This document shows positions 22,301 to 31,811 of a DNA stretch of 33,762 nt, piece after piece (within the stretch, counting starts at the first letter, position 1; each line of letters begins with the position of its first letter). The stretch is from Chiloscyllium plagiosum. Its lineage: Eukaryota. Location of the stretch: the NCBI RefSeq assembly GCF_004010195.1, contig NC_057751.1:10189173-10222934 (forward strand), written 5' to 3'. Both the position numbers and the translations under genes were made by a program. Below the pieces are notes generated by a model. The model was not told the DNA's origin and made no database searches. It saw only the letters and a list, made by a program, of their open reading frames with translations.

Positions 22301-25300
22301 GCATAGAACCACCAATGTGAAAGCTCGGAAAGCACGTGGGAGAATAAGGAATATGAGGTTGTGCTGCTAAGATTAGATGAAGCAGAGTAAGAAGAGACTA
22401 TTGTGAAGCATTAATGCTGGCATGAACCACTTGGGTTATCTGACGACTTAAGTAAATTCCACTTCAGTGTGGAATAGCAGACACACACATCTGATAGCGA
22501 ATGAATGGAATATACAGTGTAGAATAGGCATTCCCTCCACATTCTTGGGCTTAAGAGGGTGAAGTATATATATGATTGTGACTGTAGGAAGCTGAAGTAT
22601 CATGATGGCAAAAGGATGAGATTTGACTTTGTTCATCTCCCAACAAAGACTTGCGATCTGAACTAAGAATGAAATGATCCCTGAGATCATGTACTAGAGA
22701 AGTTGTTAAAACAGGCTGTAGCAGATTAGACATTGATCCACTGTTTATTCACCAGCCAGCTGTAACATTTTCAGAAGTGATCTCTGGGTAGAGGCAGGAA
22801 AACATTTGGCAGATGGCACTTAATACAAGTGTGAAATTGTGTACTTGGATGGAAAGGACAGCAAAGCAGTGTACTATTTAAATTGAAAGCAATTGCAGAA
22901 CCGTCTGATGTAGCGGTATCTGGATGTCTGGTACATAAATCAGATAAAGGTATTATGTAGGGAAAGCAAGTGATTTGGAAGGTTTGAGAAATGTTGTTTA
23001 TTGCAAAGGGAATGGAATGTAACAGTAGGGAAGCTGAACCATAGTTATACAGTGTGTTGGCGAGAGCACATCTCAAGTACTGTGTGCAGATTTTGTCTCT
23101 TTGTTTGAAGAAAGAAAGAGTTGCTTCAGGATCAATTAACTGAAGATTCACATGATACATTGCATTGTCTAAAGACAGAACATGTCTGTCTTAAATCTGT
23201 CTGTGTTTAGAAATAATCTTTTTGAAATATGTAGCATTTTGAGAGGATGAGATGAGTGGATATCTTGTAAAGTTCCCTCTTGGAGTAAACGCTGGAATGA
23301 ATTGTAGAAATTCCATTTGAGAAAGATGAAAATATCTTTCACTGAATTACTCGTGCAGAATTTTCTTCCTTGTAATGCCGTGGAGGCTGATATTTCACAG
23401 GTATTTGAGGCGAAGTTGGATGGCTTTCTGCTTGTCTTGAGAGCTTTTGGGTGCAGACAGAAAATTTGAGCTGGGATCACAAACAAATTAATCATGGTCT
23501 TCTTGAGTAGTGGTGCATACACAAAGGGCCAAATAGCTTTAGTTCTTAAATAATTGTCCTGAACCTTTTGCTTTTTCTCCTCCTTTTGTAGAATGAGAAC
23601 AAACAGCCAGCTTGTGACACATGGCAGAAACGGTTTGGGAAGGAGATGACATGGAAGGTGATGGATGATTTTGATGACTCTGAGAGTGACACTGATGAAA
23701 CAGTCTGGACCTGTTATTTTAAGGTATAACACTCATTTGAAAATCTAGCTACAGTAAGAATGTTCTCAACTTTTCTACATTTGAAGAACATGTACATAAG
23801 ACTATGTGTTAAAATTTCATTGCGGACGTAATAGACTAACAACTTCGCAGAATTATTTGGCTGAGCATTGGATATACTGGTGGACAGCCACTGGAAGCCA
23901 AAATTGCAGAATGATGCGAATCTTTTGTGAGGTTGGTTGATTGCTCAAGAGCAGAGTTTTGACTTGAGTTAGTATTTCTGATGTAAAAGTACAGCAGCTA
24001 ACTGTGTTAACATTCATGGGGGTACATCTTTGCATTTTGGTTGGTTGTACACAATGAGTCAGCTGTAAATCTAAGAGTAGAACAGTATGTCTTTGCATTT
24101 TTGGTCTTGTTTCTTATTTTGTTCAACTCGGTTTGGCAGCAGGTGCCTAATGTATTGTTATATTATTTCCAGCTTGGCCAAACCCAGGAAAGCCACACAT
24201 TTTTCCTTTTTCTCTGCAGCTTGCTGCAGCCTGTATTGAAAGTGTATGAGACAGCAGCAGGTTTGCTGCACAAATTGGACTTTCCAATAGAAGGTATTGT
24301 TTGCATAATTGTTGAACTACTTTTGAATGATCAAATAATTAATAAAATAAGAATTTTGAGCGCTTTGGTGGTGTCTTGGTTTGTAGAATGCTGTCCCTTG
24401 GCTTGTATCCATCTATCATGAAGACACCACCCCTTTCCTCCTCAATATTCATGATTTTGGAATGTCACCAATGGTTTTGTGTGTCATGAGTCTGAGTGGG
24501 ATGCTCAGGAAATGTCACCTTTGAAACTGAGATGTGTTGAAGTTGGAATCTTTGCTCATATGAATAAACAAAACAATCACCTTTATTGTTATGCCATTCA
24601 AGTAAATCTGAAAGGAAAAGTGAACTTATTGCATCTCAATAAATAAATTCCAGTTCCCCTTTTATGTGGCTTACCTGGCTAATGTGTTTAACAAGAATTT
24701 TATTAGAAGTGTCCTAGGCAGCCCAAAATTCTCAAATTTCACATGCTATGAATTGAGATCGTGAAAAGAGAACACAGCCATTCTGACAGGATTCAACGAG
24801 AAAAGATTCAAGCTCATTCTGCTTCCGTGCTTTTTCCTTCAGAGCCGCAGTGTGTACTGAAGATGTTTCAGCTTTTGAATGCACAGGGAGAAGAACAGCA
24901 TGGTGAGTCAAACAATATAACAGAATGATTTGAATCAACGATTTGCTCACGAACCACTCCATTATGCACAGGAAGGAATGATTACAGATATCGTGTTCAT
25001 GGCATATAGAAAAGTCATGTCGCTGTTTTAAAATTGGTTAGCACTGTGAGCTTCCTTTGGCTGATCTCAGCTTGTTTCAAATGTGGTTATTGTTCACTCA
25101 GCAACAATGAAAGATTTTTGGGTTCATGTCAATTTTAACTGTAAGAGCTTACTCAGTAAGTTTATCATAGTAATTTTTATTGCAAAAATATGCTTTATTC
25201 ATAAAATTATTATCCAAAGTACATGAAAAGGATTCTCAATCTGTTCTGTACAGTCTGTGTGGAGAGAAAAGAGAGGCATAAATGACAGAAATTTGACATC

Positions 25301-28300
25301 CCACAAAGAAATCTTGCAGTTGCAAAAGACCAAGACATTTTTTAAGCCATGCAAGTTAAAATATGTATATTCATTTTGAGGCATCAGTGGGGCCTGAGAA
25401 CTGAATGGACCTCCACCTTTGTTTGGCAAACGAAAAAGTTCCTTGAACCAAGTGCATATTCCTTTTTGGCCCAGTTGATGTTTGTCTATATGTGTCCGGG
25501 AAACAGCCCATGGAGCATGGAGTCCTGAGTCAGGGAGCTCTCAGGACAATCCTCAGCAAAAACCACTGCATTTCTCTTCAGATCATCTTTACAAAGGCAG
25601 ATAGTGGGAGATAGTGTAGGACTGTCTTTTTCCCCTCTGTAGCCAATTCAAGGGCAGCATGTGGTGGTGGAGGAAGTACTGATGTTCACAAAGGATCTCT
25701 CAGGCAGTGCTTTTCTCACTATGAGCTAAGCCACATCTTGGTGCTTGTTGGAAAGCTCTGATTATAAGGCATTCTGCCAAATTATTTCAACAGTCTTGCT
25801 CATGGAACCACCTCACAGGATAAATCCTCTCATTTTCCCGCAGGGTCGTGAGGACACCACATGCTGACCACTGTTAGATGAAGGTCTGGTCAAATGTGTT
25901 TTCCTTGGCAAATTTTACATGAGGGCCAGTAATATGAAATGTTTCAATCACTTGAAGTGTTCTATGGCACTGAGGCCAGACCCATCCTTAGCAACACCGG
26001 AGACAGGTAGAACCTCAGTAAACACTGTCACTGAGTGTTTTCTTACTAAGCACGCAGCAGCCATCAGGATGAAGGTGGTGTTGGGTATGACCACCCCCAT
26101 CCAGAACTTTATAAATGTTGTCCCTGCAGACACGATGCATCTTACCTCCAAATCAAGTGGAAAATGGCTTGGGTGACGGAGGCACAGGCCCGCAGAATGG
26201 ACCAAACCTGCACTTTGTACAGCAACACTGAGAGTACTTCACACCTGATAATCAAGCTTTTAGCCGAAATGGAGAGGGAGTAGTGCTCCCATCTGTCTTA
26301 TTTCTGCCTCACCTTGACAAGATGCTCTTTCCAAGTTCTGGTGCAAGCCATGGCTCCCTCTGAGTCACGTAACCAGCTCGTAGAGTAGTCTAATCCGATT
26401 GCAGATTCCCTCCCCAAAGCACGTTTTAGAGAGCCTGTCCCACCTGTATGTTGAAGACCTTTTGTCCAGAGTGATGAGGCAGGTGTCCATCCCCCTATGC
26501 TGCAGGTAGGCAATCGTAACCCTGAGCATTGGGAGGCTTTCAGGAATCACCCTGTCCAATGCAGCACAGGTTTGGTCGGGATGATTCATTGATTCACGAG
26601 CAGACCTGATCTGGTTGGTAACTATCTTATATTTGACTTTATAATCTGCCTTCAGCAATGACGATGGTCAATTTGTAATTTCTTTCTGCTTGTAGAAGAG
26701 GGGGATGATATCTTTCCAAAATTGGATTTGCACATGCTACCTCCCAGAAGCATATACATCCAGCAGGTCCTGGCCAATCAAGTCCCGCAGAGGTGAATAT
26801 AACTCGGCCAGAAAGCAGTCGCTTTTGGGAGTTTATTCTTTTCAAAGCACTCGAGGGCCTTAGCTCATTCAGAGGTAACGGCTGTTCCAGCCTCTTCCAC
26901 ATGCTGTCATCGAAGACCTCAGTGATAGAGGATGGGAATGACCAGGAGGCCGGGCTGTCTTTGGGCTTCGTGTCATACAGCCTGACATAAAAATGATTGC
27001 TGATCCTCAGGATGTCAGACTGAGATGACATTTCTGAACTATCTTCTTCCTTCAGGCTGCTAATCACAGTGTTCTCCCTGTGTACCTTCTGGATGAAGAA
27101 AAGTGAGCACGTTTCATCCTGCTCCACAGTGCAGATCCTGGACTAGAAAATTATCTTGAAGATCTTTGAGGCAAAAAAACCATGCTTGCTGGCAGTTCAC
27201 CTCTTCGGGGTCCCCATTACCCCCATTGCATGCAGCAGGAGTAGTTTCTTCCTGCTTGTCTGGAATTTGGACAGTTATCCCTGTCTTTCTTTCTCACCTT
27301 CTGAATACCTTTGAGGTTAAAGAAGCTGTTGATATTCTCCTTGAATGTTTCCCGCCAATCCGCTAGAGACTCAAAGAGGGGCTTCATGGTTCTCCAGCCT
27401 GTATAATCCCTTTGCAGCTCCTCAGTGTTTTCTGGGGTAAAGAGTTTTGCGTTCAGCATCCATTTTCCCTTGCCGGCCTGCTGGTTGTACTGTACACCAC
27501 AGTTGGTGAGCACAAGGCAATGGTCAGAGAAGAACACAGCCTTGACGCTGATGGATCTGACAGAGAATGTGGGGGATTGACTCATCCATGCTGCACTTCA
27601 TCTGCATGGGTGCAGAAAATGTTACGCGGCTTGGCAATCGCAAATCTGATTTGGTGTCCAGTTGCTGTCAGTCCCCTGGATTGAAGTTTCCAGCCAGAAT
27701 GTTGTCAGCAACAGTTCCTGATGGCTGGAGATTGGGTTTCACTGGGCCGCTCACAACTTCCAGATTGGGTGGTGATACTCTCCTCCCCTGAGGTGCTGTG
27801 CCTCATTTGTTTGGTTAATGGTTATCCCTCTGCATGACTTTATCAGAGGAGGTGATATGTCCATCATCCAGCTGCCTCTTTCTGTTTTGCTGTTGGCCTG
27901 ACATGTTTTCCTTTTTCCAGTTGTTTCCTATCAGTATATGTTCCCCTGTCTCCTTCATTTCCTCCTCCTCCATTGACTCCATTTGTTCAGGTGGACATTG
28001 AGTCAGTTGTTGTGCCGCCACTCTGGCAACCACAATCCATCGATGATCTCGAGGTCTTGTGCTTAAAGTTTCAGTTAAGATTTATCCTAAGAGAACCACC
28101 TTTTGGATCACCTGACTTGATTGGCCAGGATCTGCTGGATATATATGACAGCATGCTTCTGGGAGGTAGCATGTCCAATTTGCAAATCCAATTTCGGTCA
28201 AAGTCAACTGTGTACCTCCATCAACCTGACTGTGCTCTTGACACTCTCGCCTGACACATGGTTATTTGCAGTGGTCGTAGCTCTGGCTCTGCTGCGCCGG

Positions 28301-30309
28301 CATGATGATGCACCATTTGCACCTCAGTTCAAGCTACAATCCTTCAATGTCCAATCAGAATCAGGCGATTATCTTAAAACCCTCTGATGACTTGCAACTC
28401 TTAAACTTGGTCAGAGCCAAAGGGCCAAGAAGTGAAAGCTCTGGATTCAGTCTGTTAACAATTGAATACCAGCTCCCCATTACTGGCTGTCCTGACATGT
28501 GTCTCTTGTTCTGTTTTGTTCACTGAAGTTTTTCTTATATTATCAGTCTTATTTTCTGAACTCAAAAATAGCAACAATCCACACTTCACAACTGCTTGAG
28601 CATGACAAGAGGCTACACTACATTGGACAAACGGGCAGAAAACTAGCCACCAGGATACATGAACATCAACTAGCCACAAAACGACATGACCCTCTCTCAC
28701 TAGGAAGGACACCACTTCGACTGGAACAATACATCCATCCTAGGACAAGCCAAACAGAGACATGCACGAGAATTCCTAGAAGCATGGCATTCCAACCGGA
28801 ACTTGAGCAATGAACACATTGACTTGAATCCCATTTACCACCCCCTGAGAAAAAGAACAGGAAATAACATCACCAATCTGAGGAAACCCAAACATACATA
28901 GAAAGCAGGAAACGCCAGCAGTGCTTCATCTAGAGGTTCACTGAAGATGTTACCTAGGATGCTGACGAAATGTCTGAAAATGAACCTTCCAGCTCAGTGA
29001 GCAAACCTACATACAGAACCTCAACCTGAGCTATAAATCTTCTCAAAACTTACTAATCCATCTGTCACTCCACAAAAGGTCTTCATGCCTGAAGCAAGTT
29101 AGCTAAAGTACTCGGAGAAAGATAGGCAAGCTTATTTTATTCTCTAAACAAAACCAAGTCACATTAACAAGAATTGCATCTTGCTCCCACACTGAAGTAA
29201 GTGAACTGCTAAAAGAGGCAGAAAATACATGCAGCTCACAACAACTGTAGAGAGCTCGCATACATTGGTCTGTTGCATACTGGAAGTCAGAACTAATCCA
29301 TTTTAAAATATAGCTCTGTCCTTGTGGAAAAACCTTCAACCTCAGCATTTTCACACTTGTAAACCTTGCGTCATAAAACCAGACTTGATTTTTGACCAGG
29401 AGCACCAATGCTCTCAAAGGGTTTTATAACTAATCACAGTTAAACAGAAATTAATTGAATTCTTCATTTGTTGAATCAGGTCCAAAACAAATGCAAGTGT
29501 ACAATATTGCTCTGCATCAGAATTTATGTGGCTTGAATTGTTGTCCTTGTGCTCTGCTGTGACTTCCTGATGAGATTTTTGAGACCATTTATTAGTGACA
29601 AAGACAAGGCTGAAGTATTTGCAATCGTCTTCAGCTGAAAATACTGAGCAGATGATTCATCTTTTTTTCCTCTTCGGTCTGTGTTGTCATGGATGCCACC
29701 CATGTGATATCAAAAAATTGCTGAAGGTACTGGATACAAAAAGGCTATGTGTCCTGATCGCATCGTGTGTGCAGCAATGAAAACCTTGGTGCCAGAACTA
29801 GGCAGGGTTTTAGCTAATACTTCCAATACAATTATGCACCTTTGACTATCTGACAATGTAGAAAGTTGTCCAACCTTGAAAAAGACAGGGCAGTGCATTG
29901 TGACCGTTTACATCTATACCTCAACTACCTTGAATAGTATGTGCTTGCAAAGACTATTACCTGCAAGTTCCTGTCAAATCACACACTACTCTGACTTTCA
30001 ACTCCTCAATACTTCATTTATAACTGGATTATAAACCTGTATACCTGCGTGACATAGACTGCAGCGTTCAAGAAGGTAGCTAACCACCAGTTAGTCAGTG
30101 GCAATTAAGAGTGGACAATAAATGTTTGACCTGAAGTATTTGTCACACTTAATGTATGATTAATTTGAAAGATGAACAATGAAACAGTTTTTGGTGAAGA
30201 TGAGTTTAGTTTTGAATGCATGCATCACTAAAGCATTTTCAAACATTTTACAGGAAGTGCCACAGTCAGCATTGTAAACAGCGCTATTAAGATCTTCAGG
30301 GAATTGGGG
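1267..30309 (+). CDS. GPAT2: Mitochondrial glycerol-3-phosphate acyltransferase 2, partial gene (15 internal coding exons; N-terminal exons and final exon not found in window)
   Basis: Manually spliced exons give one uninterrupted frame of about 589 codons collinear with GPAM/GPAT2. It includes HKSRLD (HxxxxD), LRKLGGIF, IPDAVLIPVGVAYD, KNYGCIRMDFGQP, VMSTTILACLL, EVLARHFDVGFSG, ELSFYSN and PCQSVYQ. The segments PACDT..W.., FFLFLCSLLQP and the lack of FLEGTRSR favour GPAT2 over GPAM (comparison from recalled sequences, no search run). Confidence 0.92.
1640..1839 (+). mobile_element. Short palindromic PLE-terminus-derived element (subfamily B)
   Basis: Inverted arms (attgctggaaaagctt...ggcagcat / atgctgcc...agcttttccagcag); degenerate CTGAGGA core at 1734; candidate TSD ttcattctgtta (1628-1639) / ttcatttggtta (1840-1851). 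Confidence 0.7.
2040..2176 (+). CDS. GPAT2: GPAT2 exon B (137 bp): YDGPFVFVPLHKSRLDYLLVTFVLFCHSIRVPYFTCGEDVQLPFL(R), acyltransferase motif I
   Basis: Long T tract then gacag|TAT...AG|gtaatg; HxxxxD motif; phase 0 to 2. Confidence 0.95.
2528..2606 (+). CDS. GPAT2: GPAT2 exon C (79 bp): PLLRKLGGIFTSHDHGDHLFQVVLNS, motif II region
   Basis: ctcag|G...TCG|gtatgt; KLGG.F motif; phase 2 to 0. Confidence 0.92.
3318..3510 (-). mobile_element. Short palindromic PLE-terminus-derived element (subfamily B)
   Basis: aaaacagaagttgctggaaaaactcagca / tgctgagcttttccagcaacttctgtttt inverted arms; GGGTC-CGGT-GACCC hairpin near the centre; similar to 1640-1839. Confidence 0.75.
4093..4302 (+). CDS. GPAT2: GPAT2 exon D (210 bp): YIEELLNEQQSLAVYLKSP...IPDAVLIPVGVAYDRIVEENYLEQM, motifs III/IV
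   Basis: ttttacag|TAC...ATG|gtaaga; phase 0 to 0; motif IV IPVGVAYD. Confidence 0.95.
4870..5770 (-). mobile_element. Degraded Penelope-like element, reverse transcriptase region
   Basis: Minus-strand remnants ELFFRH..HAHFF, SNSTFVIKPA (cf. IKPADKG), LYLFPKVHK (cf. YLLPKIHK), LPTY, LLTTKDMQSL (cf. TMDVQSLYT); frameshifted. Confidence 0.8.
5778..5900 (-). mobile_element. Degraded CR1-type 3'-end fragment
   Basis: catagaac...aggagcaggaatagatcattcaacc...atcatggctgatctg resembles 33320-33482. Confidence 0.55.
9872..10058 (+). mobile_element. Short palindromic PLE-terminus-derived element (subfamily A) inserted in the CR1 LINE
   Basis: 54-bp inverted arms 9871-9924 / 9940-9993 (49/54 match); flanked by ctgaagcacctgta (9858-9871) / ctgaagcatctata (10059-10072). 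Confidence 0.85.
9934..9961 (+). ncRNA. Minimal hammerhead-ribozyme-like core
   Basis: CTGAAGA-A-GGGC-TTAT-GCCC-GAAA-CGTC: both catalytic boxes, 4-bp stem II, palindromic ACGT in place of stem III; stem I poorly paired in this copy. Confidence 0.65.
12079..12094. promoter_or_regulatory. Perfect 16-bp palindrome containing a consensus CRE (TGACGTCA)
   Basis: tttgtgacgtcacaaa is its own reverse complement; function unproven. Confidence 0.3.
12242..12349 (+). CDS. GPAT2: GPAT2 exon E (108 bp): GPGKTSIFAAVRWVLRFLQKNYGCIRMDFGQPVSLK
   Basis: ctgtag|GGA...AAG|gtatga; matches KNYGCVRVDFAQPFSLK; phase 0 to 0. Confidence 0.95.
12655..12815 (-). mobile_element. Old L2-like LINE 3' fragment
   Basis: tgcatttatatagtgccttt 3'-end signature followed by aaatttgac...aaggagat...ggtgaccaaaa; recognised by eye only. 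Confidence 0.5.
12921..13006 (+). CDS. GPAT2: GPAT2 exon F (86 bp): DYIENEGMHLCSSAIPLQKILLPCVLGC(S)
   Basis: ctctag|GAT...AG|gtgagg; L..LLP.. pattern; phase 0 to 2. Confidence 0.9.
13279..13617 (-). mobile_element. CR1-type LINE 3' fragment
   Basis: Reverse-complement similarity to 320-645 (GLFPRVPESK..RYKKDLR..). Confidence 0.85.
14025..14360 (-). mobile_element. Degraded DeuSINE (SacSINE1/AmnSINE1-like)
   Basis: Reverse complement reads taaaagattccatgac...ccaatgttgatccctcaattaacattact...atcacattgctgtttg...cctgaggtcatgaaaggcac, resembling the Deu domain and L2-type tail as recalled. Confidence 0.7.
14934..14989 (-). mobile_element. Short fragment of the subfamily B PLE terminus
   Basis: aaagaactgctgatgctgtaaatcagaaatgctggtaaagctcagcagg resembles 3326-3385. 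Confidence 0.65.
15045..15163 (+). CDS. GPAT2: GPAT2 exon G (119 bp): TDAVYYEKSQDWLLNNDELIQLSKHHRALVADLGRHMLY(T)
   Basis: tttcag|C...A|gtaagt; R.LVA.L..H.L pattern; phase 2 to 1. Confidence 0.9.
16105..18078 (+). mobile_element. Degraded, internally deleted non-LTR retrotransposon (second LINE family, clade not assigned)
   Basis: Endonuclease-like remnants (HEVLWYQIKNG; VMREPTRRKSMLDFV), IEAWADK..VIF..CQ RT-thumb-like remnant, tail ending tgaatgaatgaaa; shares sequence with 29590-30150. Confidence 0.7.
18100..18520 (+). mobile_element. Very degraded CR1-type 3' fragment
   Basis: gagcagagaagattcaggggata, ggaaactgttt, atttcttgacagagttg resemble CR1 ORF2 C-terminal DNA. Confidence 0.45.
18609..18679 (+). 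CDS. GPAT2: GPAT2 exon H (71 bp): ASCSSAVMSTTILACLLFHKHQQ
   Basis: ccgatag|CT...CAG|gtaggt; matches AIMSTHIVACLLLYRH; phase 1 to 0. Confidence 0.93.
18743..18867 (-). mobile_element. Short PLE-terminus-derived insertion (subfamily A) with 16-bp TSD
   Basis: Reverse complement of 9935-10058; flanked by cattgatttgcaaatg (18727-18742) / cattgatttgaaaatg (18868-18883). Confidence 0.85.
18995..19256 (+). CDS. GPAT2: GPAT2 exon I (262 bp): GIFLSTLAKDFCWLMNEVLARHFDVGFSG...ELSFYSNSILPVFLGEAVA
   Basis: ctccag|GGC...G|gtaagt; phase 0 to 1. Confidence 0.96.
19812..19960 (+). CDS. GPAT2: GPAT2 exon J (149 bp): (A)CALNSLLREVAKYMVDWDSDAEVAISQEELICKTVQLCQLLSSETLLLP
   Basis: tttcag|CC...CCA|gtaaga; ISQE.L...LC.LL pattern; phase 1 to 0. 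Confidence 0.94.
20896..20973 (+). CDS. GPAT2: GPAT2 exon K (78 bp): PCQSVYQFSQEAVDKLMYCEILLMEE
   Basis: ctgcag|CCC...GAG|gtatga; phase 0 to 0. Confidence 0.94.
21130..21722 (+). mobile_element. Degraded CR1-type 3' fragment
   Basis: Collinear with 1-645 (gtagagtacaga, tgtacagaaccct, tgtgccatttctgg, gaagattaagaga, ggaccaaacagcct..tgattc). Confidence 0.65.
21766..21930 (+). mobile_element. Short palindromic PLE-terminus-derived element (subfamily B, degraded)
   Basis: aaataaaaacagaaattgtggagaaac / gtttctccagcaatgtctgtttttattt inverted arms; atgctgccagacc and ccagcatctgcag shared with the other copies. Confidence 0.7.
22780..23540 (+). mobile_element. Degraded CR1-type ORF2 3' region
   Basis: tggcagatg..ttaatacaagtgtgaa, tactgtgtgcagattttgtct and aagggccaaatag remnants collinear with the other CR1 copies. 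Confidence 0.6.
23592..23723 (+). CDS. GPAT2: GPAT2 exon L (132 bp): NENKQPACDTWQKRFGKEMTWKVMDDFDDSESDTDETVWTCYFK
   Basis: tttgtag|AAT...AAG|gtataa; acidic DSxSD patch typical of GPAT1/2; phase 0 to 0. Confidence 0.93.
24173..24293 (+). CDS. GPAT2: GPAT2 exon M (121 bp): LGQTQESHTFFLFLCSLLQPVLKVYETAAGLLHKLDFPIE
   Basis: ttccag|CTT...G|gtattg; FFLFLC.LL.P; phase 0 to 1. Confidence 0.93.
24843..24902 (+). CDS. GPAT2: GPAT2 exon N (60 bp): (E)PQCVLKMFQLLNAQGEEQH
   Basis: Strong pyrimidine tract ttcag|AG...G|gtgagt; phase 1 to 1 links exons M and O. Confidence 0.85.
25184..28500 (-). mobile_element. Degraded Tx1/L1-like LINE
   Basis: FFSDHCLV..GKGKWMLN (endonuclease end), EQDETCSLFF, FYVRLY, LLKADYK..HPDQTCA..RVI.ESL.MLR.TIAY (RT start); 3' end ttttatgaataaagcatattttt; 5' boundary uncertain. 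Confidence 0.85.
28615..29055 (+). mobile_element. 5'-truncated Penelope-like element: GIY-YIG endonuclease remnant plus terminus
   Basis: HYIGQTGRKLATRIHEH, then after a frameshift GHHFDWNNTSILGQAKQRHAREFLEAWHS; followed by a hammerhead motif at 28941. Confidence 0.9.
28937..28978 (+). ncRNA. Minimal type I hammerhead-ribozyme-like motif in the PLE terminus
   Basis: TTCA-CTGAAGA-T-GTTA..TGAC-GAAA-TGTC-TGAA: stem I TTCA/TGAA, stem II GTTA/TGAC, both core boxes. Confidence 0.7.
29590..30150 (+). mobile_element. Degraded fragment of the same LINE family as 16105-18078
   Basis: caaagacaaggctgaagtatttgcaatcgtcttcagct matches 17203-17240; gactgcagcgttcaagaaggtagctaaccac matches about 17967-17997. 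Confidence 0.7.
30254..30309 (+). CDS. GPAT2: GPAT2 exon O (56 bp): (G)SATVSIVNSAIKIFRELG
   Basis: ttacag|GA...GGG|gtaagt; matches SATYCLVKNAVKMFKDIG; phase 1 to 0. Confidence 0.92.
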
Positions 30310-30777
30310 GTAAGTGAAATTAACGTCGACCTTATTCAGAAAATAACTGAATCATGATCCCGTGCCCCTCCTGAGCTATAAGTTGTGTGCTTTGGCATTG
30401 CAATTTGCACAGTGCTCGTATGTTATGGAGGGAAATTGACCTGCAGAATCTTTCTTGTCGCCGTGCAATGATACATGACCATAGTGCAGGTTAATAGTTT
30501 TGGGTAATTTTGCAGTGATCCACAGGGTGGTTAACCAGCCAATACTAAGCCTATCAATATCCTGCGCCATGTGTTAATACATAATTCTTTGCCAAATGGC
30601 TAAGGTACTGAGGAACACCTTTTGATATGCTCCATGTCCGGGAGGATTCATACTCTTACAACTCGGAAAAGAAAAGTTGTTGCAGTATTCATTGAGATTT
30701 TTGCTGGGTAATTTGGAAAGATTAAAGTTGTATACTTTGAGGATCTGAGGCATGTACCATTTGTCACAAGCCATTGT

Positions 30778-31607
30778 TCATAGAGTCATAGAGTTGTATA
30801 TCACAGAAACAGACCCTTTGGTCCAACTCGTCTATGGCGACCCAATCTAGTCCCATCTGCCAGCACCTGGCCTATATCCCTCCAAATCCTTCCTATTCAT
30901 ATACCCATCCAACTGCCTTTTCAATGTTGCAATTGTACCAACCTTCACCACTTGCTCTGGCAGCTCATTCCATACACATACCACACTCTGCGTGAAAAAG
31001 TTGCCCCTTAGGTTTCTTTTCTATCTTTCCCCTCTCACCCTAAACCTTTGTCTAATTCTGGACTCCCCCACCCCAGGGAAAAGACTTCGTCTATTTATCC
31101 TATCCACGCCCCTCATGATTTTGTAAACCTCTGTAAGATTGCCCCTCAGCCTCTGACGCTCCAGGGAAAACAGTCCCAACCTATTCAATCTCTCCCATCG
31201 CTCAAATCCCCCAACCCTGGCAGCATCCTTGTAAACCTTTGCTGAACCCTTTCACGTTGAACAGCATCTTTCCGATAGGAAGGAGACCGGAATTGCTCGC
31301 AATATACTAACATTGGCCTTACAAATGTCCTGTACAGCTGCAGCATGACCTCCCAGCTCCTGTACTCAATGCTCTGACCAGTAAAGAAAAGCATACCAAA
31401 CGCTACCTTCACTTTCAAGGAGCTATGAACCTGCACTCCAAAGTCTCTTTGTTCAGCAATACTCCCTCGGACCTTTAGCATTAAATGTTTCAGTCCCAAA
31501 TGTATAAGATTTGCTTTCCCAAAATGCAGCACCTCACATTCATCTAAATTAAACTCCATCTGCCACTCCTCAGCCCATTGGCCTGTCTGATCAAGATCCC
31601 ATTGTAA
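30778..31607 (-). mobile_element. CR1-type LINE, 5'-truncated
   Basis: MEFNLDECEVLHFGK, LYRTFVRPML; tail reads catagagtcatagag on the + strand; highly similar to 1-645. Confidence 0.92.
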
Positions 31608-31811
31608 ATATTTAGTAAATGAAAATTAAGGCACGCATCACACGTCATGGAACATTTTAAATTGAAGGGTAATGATCATCCTTTGTGCACACTTAGTGCT
31701 GAATGTGCCAGCTAAGTCAACTGAAAATGCACCACCTTATTGCAATGTAGAAATATGTAGAAAACTGCAGATTGCAGGATGCATCATTTTGGGAATTTGA
31801 CAGGCACAATT

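Noticed and set aside
23169..23732. 187-aa minus-strand ORF
   Set aside because: It is antisense to GPAT2 exon L and a decayed CR1, with no coding hallmarks.
1267..30309. Calling the gene GPAM (GPAT1) or a pseudogene
   Set aside because: It lacks the GPAT1 motifs FFIRR and FLEGTRSR and has GPAT2-like C-terminal segments. All 15 exons splice in frame with canonical sites and no stops.
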